In this document: positions 17,134-29,372 of the stretch, piece after piece
Position numbering within the stretch: position 1 is the stretch's first letter
How the letters are laid out: each line of letters opens with the position of its first letter
NCBI RefSeq assembly: GCF_009914755.1
Contig: NC_060942.1
DNA from: the human T2T-CHM13v2.0 reference genome, Homo sapiens
Reading direction: 5' to 3' (one strand)
Length of the DNA stretch: 64,000 nucleotides
Position numbers and translations under genes: made by a program
Notes under the pieces: model-generated
What the model saw: the letters and a program-made list of their open reading frames with translations, nothing else
Databases searched by the model: none
What the model was told of the DNA's origin: nothing

Positions 17134-17484
17134 TTACACTATTAGGAAGCAAGAAAAATGGTGCACATGAAGACCAGCAAATAACATTTGATATAACGTA
17201 AGTGAGAAACAGAATACAGAATCTTACATGAACTGCATGCAATTATGATTTTTAGAAACACTCATTGAAGATAAGACCAGAAGTATATACCGAAATCCTT
17301 TCTTTTCTGTCTGGTTTTGAGACAGAGTCTCACTCTGTCGCCCAGGCTAGAGTGTGGTGGCACAATCATGGCTCACTGCAGCCTCAACCTCCCAGGTTTA
17401 GGTAGTTCTTCCACCTTAGCCTCCCCAGTAGCTGGACCACAGGCATGAACCATCACACTCAGCTAATTTTTGTGTTTTTGATAG

Positions 17485-17646
<162 letters not shown>

Positions 17647-18157
17647 TAAACAATACATTTAAAACCGCAGTCAGGGTCTTGCTATTTTGCCCAGACTGGT
17701 TGGTCTCAAACTGCTGGCCTCAAGTGATCACGCCTCATCGGCCTCCCAAAGCTCTGGGATTTCAGGCACTAGCCATTACACCCCGTCTCTAAATCCTCAT
17801 AATGGTTGTGTTAAGGTGCTGAGATGAAAAGAGATTAAAAAGTTTTTTTCTCTGTTTCCCACATTTTATAATGTACTTACATGTTGCACTAATAGAAATT
17901 GAATTTACTTTCAAGCTCCTTCAGGGAATTTATTGAAAACTTGCTTGGCCTTGTGAGTGGGAAGCCCAGGTATGGGCGGAGGGTGGAGTCACACCATAAC
18001 TTCCAGCTAAGAATATGTAGGACACATACTTTCTTGGCTGACAGAGGGTCTAAGCCTATTCCCTCAGAAGTCCTCTTACTCCTTATCTTGTCTATACTGC
18101 GCTTGAGTATTTCAGGCTGCTTTAAATTCATTGTCAAGTATACTAAGGGCCTTATGA

Positions 18158-18441
<284 letters not shown>

Positions 18442-18631
18442 TAAAGTGCTAGGATTACACGCATGAGCCACCACACCCGTCCCAAATTATAAAGAGGATG
18501 ACAAATGTATGTGCCAACAGCATGGGAAATGAAAATACCTAGGATGATGTAAATGTAAAAATAACTGAAGAAAAAAAAAAAGAAAAAATGTATATATAGA
18601 ACTTTTTTTAAAAGGCAGTTGATACAAGGAG

Positions 18632-19640
<1,009 letters not shown>

Positions 19641-20440
19641 GCCCTAGGAAGCTAGCATAGGATAAAATGTCAATTATAATGATGCTGAAACAAAAAATCA
19701 AGACATGTTCTACCACAATGTGGTTCTACCCTAGTCAGGAAATATGGGAGTTTTAATAAGATAGGTTGAAACAGTGACTGTCTTTGCTGACACTGCCATT
19801 TTATACTAGAATTACCACAATATTTTTACAAGTCACACTGTCTTGGGTCTTAGCTTGGTTAATCTACTCACACTGCAGTCAGAGTGACTTTCTAGAGTTT
19901 TATTACATCAACTACCTGCTAAAAACCTTCTGTAATTCCCTATTGCCCCCACGATAATATCCAAACTCCTCCAGTGGCTTTTCTCCCCATCACTTCTCAC
20001 CACTCCTGACCTCACACTGCTGTCAGTCTCTGCCGAGAATGTCCTTCTTCCCTTTGGTTGGTGTGATTGCTTGGCCGACTTCTATTCGAGCCTCAGGTCC
20101 CTATGTTGATGCCCTTTCCTACTGATTGCTCTCCCAGGCAGCCCTGTAATCTGCTCTAATTTCCCTGGCTCAGGACTGACACACATCTTATTGCACCTGC
20201 TGGGTTACTCTCTATATCACCCTCTGGCCTTGCTACTCAAAGTTGTCCACAGAGCAGAAGCATCAACATCGTGACAGTTCACGAAAGATGCAGAATCTCA
20301 GGTCCAAGCAGAGCTCCAGAATCAGATGCACATTTTAAGAAGATACTCAAGTGATTCTTATGCACATGAAATTTCTGAGTTACTGGTCTCTCCACCAAAG
20401 ATTGCATAGGGGCAGGGAGCATTGCCTTCCCTTGGCCTAG

Positions 20441-21373
<933 letters not shown>

Positions 21374-23214
21374 AGATATAATCCATCAAATACTCTGGCT
21401 AATTTCCTGTTAACAAACATGCTATACAGGAAAACAACAACAACAAACACTTTTATTAGAACAAACACAATCGATCTACAGCCTGTATATTTTATCCCAG
21501 GCTGACTCTACATATGCCTCATTTATATCTCATGTCCTCTTGTTTAACTGTCAAATCCTATTTTCTGCAAGAAATATATGAATGACTATTCTATTACTAA
21601 TCATGCTTATTTTGTTTTGTCATTGTGGTTCATATATATATATAGATACGTATACATTTTTCTTTTTTTAAACACTGACATCGAAATGATCAGATGTGCA
21701 CTGTCATTTTTGAACTTGTTTCACGAGAAAGGATTATCTAATAGTTTTTTAAAATGTCATTTTCACCAGTCCTACTTAAAAAAAAATAGTAGGGAATTCT
21801 AACGCTTCATGATACATTTTTATTAATTATTTCGTTTGGTCAAATATCTCCATGTTTATATTTGTTGCAAGCCCAACATTAAATGATACCTCCCTTTTCC
21901 AGAGGATATACAGTTAAAAGAAGCTATTCACTCTGCTTCTAGCTTTTTTTTTTTTTTTTTGAGACAGGGTTCTCCCTTTGTCGCTCACGCTAGAGTGGAG
22001 TGGCTCGATCATAGCTCACTGCAACCTCCTCCTCCTTGGCTCAAGCAATCCTCCCACCTCAGCCTCCTGAGTAGCTGACACTACAGCTTATACTTGTATT
22101 ATCTGCAGAGACAGGGTTTCACCATGTTACCCAGGTTGGTCATCAACTCCTGGACTCAAGCGATCCCCCAGCCTCCACCTCCCACAGTGCTGAGATTACA
22201 GGCGTGAGCCACTATGCCTGGCCAATTCTCTTTAGAGAATGTTAGATCTGCCAAAGAGTTTATGGACCATCTCAAATCCTAAATCTTTAAAAGTCCTCTA
22301 TAAACCAGCTGAATCTGACCCATGTCCAAAACCCACCTCGCCCGACTTCTTTCCGCTCTTTTCCTCCTTGCAAGCTGAATTTGCAATTCCCTAAAAAACA
22401 GAGTTGCCTAAGGTTTGTAGCCAGTGTGAGTCACATGACCAATTCTTTTCTAATGAAAATGTTAGAGGATGGGATTAACATACCTTTTATAGGTAAACAA
22501 TGTTGTGATTCACTTTTTTTTTTTTTTTTTGGTGGTTGTTGAGTATATTCTCTGCATTTCAGGGTGCGTATTTGAACGACAGAAATTTAATAATTTATGC
22601 AACCAAAAAGTTAACGGTGTTCCTTATGTATTAGGTAAGTCAAAATGAGCCTGGAGTGGTTTTGAATTACCACTTGGGGATAATAGATTTCAAGGCAGCA
22701 TCTCCAGTGTGCTTCCTGCGTCTTGTGATGATTCCTAAATTCTGTCCACTTTTACTCGTTTGTATATACCCCATTCAAAAACAGCCAACATCAGCCTCGA
22801 AACTATGTTGTTTAAACTCAAGAGCAGTTTTGTTCCATGCTTATATTGTTGTCCATACCTTCAGCAGGACCAAGCCATAAATAAATACTTGCTGGTTTGT
22901 GTTGACTGAATGATTTAAGATAAATAAACAACCTCAAATGCCTACTGAGGCCAGATAATGTAAATGGGAAAAGCAAACAGCGGGGAGTGTGGTGAACAGG
23001 AGCACCCTAGGTTCCTCTAAAGGGTGTGGCTTCGACCACACTTCAAACCTAGTTTGCACTTTTGGAAAATGGATCCCACGTTGTCAGAGATTCTGGTTTT
23101 CCAAGAGATGCTGGAATCTGGGTTTTTCATGCAATCCCTCAATGTTTAAAATGTTGGTAATCAATTCAAATTTTTACAATACATTTTGAAGGCCAATACT
23201 GTAAACCAAACTAA

Positions 23215-23825
<611 letters not shown>

Positions 23826-23887
23826 TTAACCACTCCTAATTACTCCTCTTCATAATAGTAGAATTACTCATGGCCTCGCCAAACATT

Positions 23888-23895
23888 ATGCAAAT
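23888..23895 (+). promoter_or_regulatory. Octamer motif (POU factors)
   Basis: Exact ATGCAAAT about 780 bp upstream of the TSS; function not shown. Confidence 0.4.
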
Positions 23896-24198
23896 AATTT
23901 CACGTTCCCAGGTAGCTCAGCCCTCCCACAAAAGATTTGAACGTTTTCCATATGATAACGATCCACTCGTTTTTGCTAAACATCCACAATGGGCGATATC
24001 GACCTATCTGGAAGGACACACACAAATCCCTTCCCAACTCAAACACGATGTTCTTTCTGGCTGGCACCAGGGCTTCTGTTTGCAGTGACTTCCTGGGACC
24101 CGGAGCTTTCTCACAGGGCCTCTGGCATCTCCTCTGCGGTGATTAAGGTTCTTCTCATTTCCCTTCCCTGTTACTGCCCATACTCTTCAAGTTCGAAA

Positions 24199-24211
24199 AG
24201 TTTCCTTTTCC
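24199..24211 (+). promoter_or_regulatory. ISRE / IRF element
   Basis: AGTTTCCTTTTCC is an exact match to AGTTTCNNTTTCC; NOXA is known to be IRF/interferon inducible. Confidence 0.7.
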
Positions 24212-24227
24212 AATCTCTTTTCTGGGC

Positions 24228-24235
24228 TTGTTTAC
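24228..24235 (+). promoter_or_regulatory. FOXO-binding element
   Basis: Exact TTGTTTAC. Confidence 0.55.
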
Positions 24236-24485
24236 CCAAGTCTCTAATTGCCAAGGCCTCTGGTCTCTCCCCACCCACAACTTTCCTCCTGGTTAAACCC
24301 TTCCCCTCCCGCCACTCCCAGCTCCCGCCACTCCCAGCTCCCGCCACCACTGCCGCTGACGACGTCCAGCGTTTGCAGATGGTCAAAGCCGACCCCCTTC
24401 TCCTCCCACCTCGTTTTGTAAGGAAGTAATTTCGGGGCCGAGCGCTCTGCGCCCCCCGCCGCGGGTCGGCGCCGCCGCGGGTCGG

Positions 24486-24505
24486 GAGCGTGTCCGGGCA
24501 GGTCG
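24486..24505 (+). promoter_or_regulatory. p53 response element of NOXA
   Basis: GAGCGTGTCC GGGCAGGTCG: two adjacent imperfect RRRCWWGYYY half-sites with no spacer, about 180 bp upstream of the TSS; matches the recalled human NOXA p53 site. Confidence 0.8.
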
Positions 24506-24563
24506 CGCTCAGCGGGGTACTTCCCCGCCCGCGTCCCGCGTCCGCTCCCATAACGCCGTCTGC

Positions 24564-24600
24564 GGGGCGGGGACAGGGGCGGGGACAGGGGCGGGCCGGG
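24564..24600 (+). promoter_or_regulatory. Tandem GC boxes (SP/KLF): (GGGGCGGGGACA)x2 + GGGGCGGG; G-quadruplex-forming
   Basis: Direct reading; seven runs of three or more G with 1-3 nt loops. Confidence 0.75.
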
Positions 24601-24612
24601 CGTCTAGTTTCC

Positions 24613-24620
24613 CTACGTCA
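24613..24620 (+). promoter_or_regulatory. CRE/ATF-like site
   Basis: CTACGTCA (ACGTCA half-CRE) about 55 bp upstream of the TSS. Confidence 0.65.
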
Positions 24621-24852
24621 CCAGGGAAGTTCTCACTGGACAAAAGCGTGGTCTCTGGCGCGGGGATCTCAGAGTTTCCCGGGCACTCACCGTGTGTAGT
24701 TGGCATCTCCGCGCGTCCGGACACCCGATCCCAGCATCCCTGCCTGCAGGACTGTTCGTGTTCAGCTCGCGTCCTGCAGCTGTCCGAGGTGCTCCAGTTG
24801 GAGGCTGAGGTTCCCGGGCTCTGTAGCTGAGTGGGCGGCGGCACCGGCGGAG

Positions 24853-24910
24853 ATGCCTGGGAAGAAGGCGCGCAAGAACGCTCAACCGAGCCCCGCGCGG
24901 GCTCCAGCAG
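24853..24910 (+). CDS. PMAIP1: PMAIP1/NOXA coding exon 1 (MPGKKARKNAQPSPARAPA + first base of Glu20)
   Basis: Translation matches the human NOXA N-terminus; donor CAG|GTACCG at 24911. Confidence 0.98.
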
Positions 24911-25102
24911 GTACCGACCCGCTGGGGCCAGCGAAGACCCAGGCCGGGCGGGGTCGGGGCCGGGGTCGAGGTCTCGGCTGGGGCGGGCTCAGCTCGCCGG
25001 GGCTCAAGCACAGACTGCACGGGGGTCAAGGTCGGGCCAGGTCTGTGCCCTGGCGCGAGCCTTAGGGGCGCCTCCAGAAACTTCTTCGGGGTTTTTCCCC
25101 AG

Positions 25103-25253
25103 GACCGGCGGGTACGGCGGGTACGGCGAGGGACCAAGCCGGATTTGCGATTGGGATGCAGCTGCGTTTCACCAGGGGCAAAAAGCTCCTTTCCTCCTCT
25201 CTTTCCTCCTCGCCACTTGCCCTTCCCCGGGGCCACGAGGAACAAGTGCAAGT
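25103..25253 (+). CDS. PMAIP1: PMAIP1 alternative cassette exon (151 nt) of the 136-aa BH3-less isoform
   Basis: Acceptor TTTTTCCCCAG|G, donor AGT|GTAGGC. 58+151+202 nt = 411 nt = 136 aa + stop at 27523, matching the recalled length of Noxa splice variant NSV-1. Confidence 0.8.
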
Positions 25254-25605
25254 GTAGGCGGCTGTCTCTAGGAGAAAGTCATTGTCGCGGCAGAAGGGGC
25301 AGGAGAGAGCCCCGGGGACCGCCTGGACTCCCAGCGCTTCCAGAGACGGCCCCACAAGGGCCCCTGTGTTCAGGAGCCTAGAAAATCTTGTAACATTTAA
25401 ATAATCGATATTGTGGGAGGTGGGGATAGGAGAATAGGAGTTAGTCCGCTCCTTTTTTTCATTCATTCATTCGCACTCCCCACCCCGATACATACAGCTC
25501 CATCGTAAGTTTTCAGGCCAGCGCCCCGGCCCCATGCTTTTTCTAAATCTAAACAGAGAACCCAGTCACTGCCCAGAGCCCGAAGTCTGTGTGGGCCATA
25601 CTGCT

Positions 25606-25614
25606 GTTGCATCA
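25606..25614 (+). promoter_or_regulatory. C/EBP-ATF composite element (CARE/AARE, ATF4) in intron 1
   Basis: GTTGCATCA is the reverse complement of TGATGCAAC, an exact ATF4 CARE consensus. Confidence 0.55.
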
Positions 25615-27321
25615 GACGATTATACGCCCCCCCCACCTTTTAAGTTACTTTCATTTTATAGAGCTCCTGGGGCGTGCGAAGGAAGTGGTGCATTGCAAAT
25701 GTGACCATGCCTAAGTTGGTAACAGGCTGCTGTCTCTGGCGCTTGTGTGGGATGGAAAAAGCTTTGTCTACCTTTTGTGATGTCTTAGGATTCTGACCTT
25801 GTTTCTTTCTGAAGGATCTTACTTATGCATAGCACTTTCTGGTCCGACTTAATTCCCAAGAACAGGAAGCAGCACAAAGTCCCTCTTAAACTTGATTTGA
25901 TTGATACTAATACATTTATAGGTGTGTAATGCAATTTTTAAAAAATTAAGGAAATGACCGGGAAGTATTTTCTGCCTTGTTTTCTACATTTTTGGTGAAA
26001 GGGATAACTTTTCCACTTAGAATTCAGGGCTTCCAGTGTCGGACGCTGAATGGTATTTGGTTTTTCTTTTAGAACTGTATATTAATATATCTCAATCTCT
26101 GTAGACAACATGTCTATGTAAATACTTCCCAACATGTTTGATCTTGTAGCCCATAAAGAATAACACCTTAAGGGATTTATTAGGTCTCTTGGTGTAGGAG
26201 TTAGGAAAGATTTCACTCACTTCTTGTAGAGAGAAATTGGTTGAAATATAGGTTTAAGATTTTGCTTTACTATATATTGACAGCTTTGATTTATTTTGAG
26301 CCTAAATACGGTATTTTCAGGGTCGATTTATAAAATAGACCAGATTTTAATTTGTAATCATGATTTTTTAATGTTTGTAATCATGAAGTGTACCCGAAAG
26401 ACCTCAAGCTGCTCTTTGAAATATTCAAGAAAATTGAAATTATAGTCAGTATAGATACGATATTATAGTCAGTATAGTGTTAACTGCACTTACTGAAAAA
26501 AAGTGTACTTGGAAATTATAAGCATCATTTTTCTTAATATTCAGTTAGAATAACTCAATTCCAAAAAGTAGTAAACATGTGAATTAAACATTGCTTATTT
26601 TCTGCTCCTCTCATTTCCATAAAGGCAATGGATTGGTACATAATGGGGTTATAGGAAGAAGTGGGTTTACATTAAAATAGAAATGTTTAAATTATTTTAG
26701 AGAATGTGGACTTAATTTTAGAATAAGATTTTATGAGTCTTTTATGAAAAAATATCAGCGTTTTTTAACGAGAAAAAGAATACCTCTAGATTTGCCTATA
26801 TAATGAGAGTATAACCTAAGCTGTAAATTATTGCCATTTGAAAATCAAATCCTACTTGAAAGCCACACAGAACTTGACTTCTGTTTCCCAGCCAACCTTA
26901 AATGAAGAGAAAAAGATGACATCATCTAAGGCTGGTGACTTATGCTACTCTTTGTAGCATTGCTTTTAAAATAAACAAAGTGGTTTTACAATGTTCTCAC
27001 ATCCCAAAGAATGATAATGCTACTCTTTGTGGTATTTGACATATTTGAAAGTAAGGTAACACTTGCCTCATCCAGGATGCGTTTTTTAAAAACTCAAAGT
27101 AAATGTCTTTATTCTTACCTTAACGATTGCTTTCGGTGAGTCACAATGTGTGTAAGTGTGTGTGTGTGTCACATTTGGAAAACAGGTGCACATAAAGCCA
27201 AAGTTAAGAGAAATGCTTCCTGGGATACTCAATTTGTCACTAGTGTGGGCGTATTAGGTTTTGCTGGTTACAGTCTGTAATATCATCAATGTTCATGTCC
27301 ATGTTTTGCTTTCCTTCTCAG

Positions 27322-27428
27322 AGCTGGAAGTCGAGTGTGCTACTCAACTCAGGAGATTTGGAGACAAACTGAACTTCCGGCAGAAACTTCTGAATCTGAT
27401 ATCCAAACTCTTCTGCTCAGGAACCTGA
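27322..27428 (+). CDS. PMAIP1: PMAIP1/NOXA last coding exon (ELEVECATQLRRFGDKLNFRQKLLNLISKLFCSGT*); total protein 54 aa
   Basis: Acceptor TTTTGCTTTCCTTCTCAG|AG; BH3 motif LRRFGD and mitochondrial-targeting segment KLLNLISKLF; TGA at 27426-27428; 58+107 = 165 nt. Confidence 0.98.
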
Positions 27429-28980
27429 CTGCATCAAAAACTTGCATGAGGGGACTCCTTCAAAAGAGTTTTCTCAGGAGGTGCACGTTTCATCAATTTG
27501 AAGAAAGACTGCATTGTAATTGAGAGGAATGTGAAGGTGCATTCATGGGTGCCCTTGGAAACGGAAGATGGAATACATCAAAGTGAATTTCTGTTCAAGT
27601 TTTCCCAGATTATCATTCTTTGGGATGAGAGAACATTATAAAACCACTTTGTTTATTTTAAAGCAAGAATGGAAGACCCTTGAAAATAAAGAAGTAATTA
27701 TTGACACATTTCTTTTTTACTTAGAGAATCGTTCTAGTGTTTTTGCCGAAGATTACCGCTGGCCTACTGTGAAGGGAGATGACCTGTGATTAGACTGGGC
27801 GGCTGGGGAGAAACAGTTCAGTGCATTGTTGTTGTTGCTGTTTTTGGTGTTTTGCTTTTCAGTGCCAACTCAGCACATTGTATATGATTCGGTTTATACA
27901 TATTACCTTGTTATAATGAAAAAACTCATTCTGAGAACACTGAAATGTTATACTCAGTGTTGATTTCTTCGGTCACTACACAACGTAAAATCATTTGTTT
28001 CTTTTGACTCAAATTGTATTGCTTCTGTTCAGATGATCTTTCATTCAATGTGTTCCTGTTGGGCGTTACTAGAAACTATGGAAAACTGGAAAATAACTTT
28101 GAAAAAATTGGATAAAGTATAGGAGGGTTACTTGGGGCCAGTAAATCAGTAGACTGAACATTCAATATAATAAAAGAACATGGGGATTTTGTATAACCAG
28201 GGATAATAAAAAGAAAAAAGAAGTTAATTTTTAATTGATGTTTTTGAAACTTAGTAGAACAAATATTCAGAAGTAACTTGATAAGATATGAATGTTTCTA
28301 AAGAAGTTTCTAAAGGTTCGGAAAATGCTCCTTGTCACATTAGTGTGCATCCTACAAAAAGTGATCTCTTAATGTAAATTAAGAATATTTTCATAATTGG
28401 AATATACTTTTCTTAAAAAAAAGGAACAGTTAGTTCTCATCTAGAATGAAAGTTCCATATATGCATTGGTGAATATATATGTATACACATACTTACATAC
28501 TTATATGGGTATCTGTATAGATAATTTGTATTAGAGTATTATATAGCTTCTTAGTAGGGTCTCAAGTAAGTTTCATTTTTTTTATCTGGGCTATATACAG
28601 TCCTCAAATAAATAATGTCTTGATTTTATTTCAGCAGGAATAATTTTATTTATTTTGCCTATTTATAATTAAAGTATTTTTCTTTAGTTTGAAAATGTGT
28701 ATTAAAGTTACATTTTTGAGTTACAAGAGTCTTATAACTACTTGAATTTTTAGTTAAAATGTCTTAATGTAGGTTGTAGTCACTTTAGATGGAAAATTAC
28801 CTCACATCTGTTTTCTTCAGTATTACTTAAGATTGTTTATTTAGTGGTAGAGAGTTTTTTTTTTCAGCCTAGAGGCAGCTATTTTACCATCTGGTATTTA
28901 TGGTCTAATTTGTATTTAAACATATGCACACATATAAAAGTTGATACTGTGGCAGTAAACTATTAAAAGTTTTCACTGTT
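27429..28980 (+). other. PMAIP1: PMAIP1 3' UTR (about 1.55 kb, AU-rich, repeat-free)
   Basis: Runs from the stop codon to ATTAAA (28962-28967), followed by a GU/U-rich tract. Confidence 0.85.
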
Positions 28981-29000
28981 CTTTTCTGTGTGTTAATTTT
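28962..29000 (+). terminator. Polyadenylation signal ATTAAA with downstream U/GU-rich element
   Basis: ATTAAA then CTGTTCTTTTCTGTGTGTT. Confidence 0.75.
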
Positions 29001-29204
29001 GTCTTCATCTTGTAAGCTACTAATTACTAAGTGTTCATTATCAAGCCAAAGTATTTTAACTGATTTCCATCAGCAGACATCCTCTGACCTTCTGACCACA
29101 CTGTCTCCTCCCAGTAGTTGGAGTAGAAAATATAGGGGAGTTTGCATGATTTCTGCTCTCAAGGGACTTACACTTTAATTGGGAGGGGAAATAGTGAAAA
29201 ATAG

Positions 29205-29372
<168 letters not shown>

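Larger units (their letters stand above)
24300..25360. promoter_or_regulatory. PMAIP1: CpG island / TATA-less promoter of PMAIP1; TSS near 24671 (CTC-A-GAG initiator-like)
   Basis: Sharp rise in GC and CpG content spanning exon 1; TSS position inferred from the recalled transcript start. Confidence 0.9.

Noticed and set aside
24171-25466. Long overlapping ORFs on both strands around exon 1 (for example 24613-25251 -, 212 aa; 24831-25271 +, 146 aa)
   Set aside because: Expected from stop-codon scarcity in a CpG island; mostly non-ATG starts, low-complexity R/G/P/A content, no recognisable domain.
27335-27523. 62-aa ORF as an independent gene
   Set aside because: It is the C-terminal frame of the 136-aa PMAIP1 splice isoform; the GTG start is internal.
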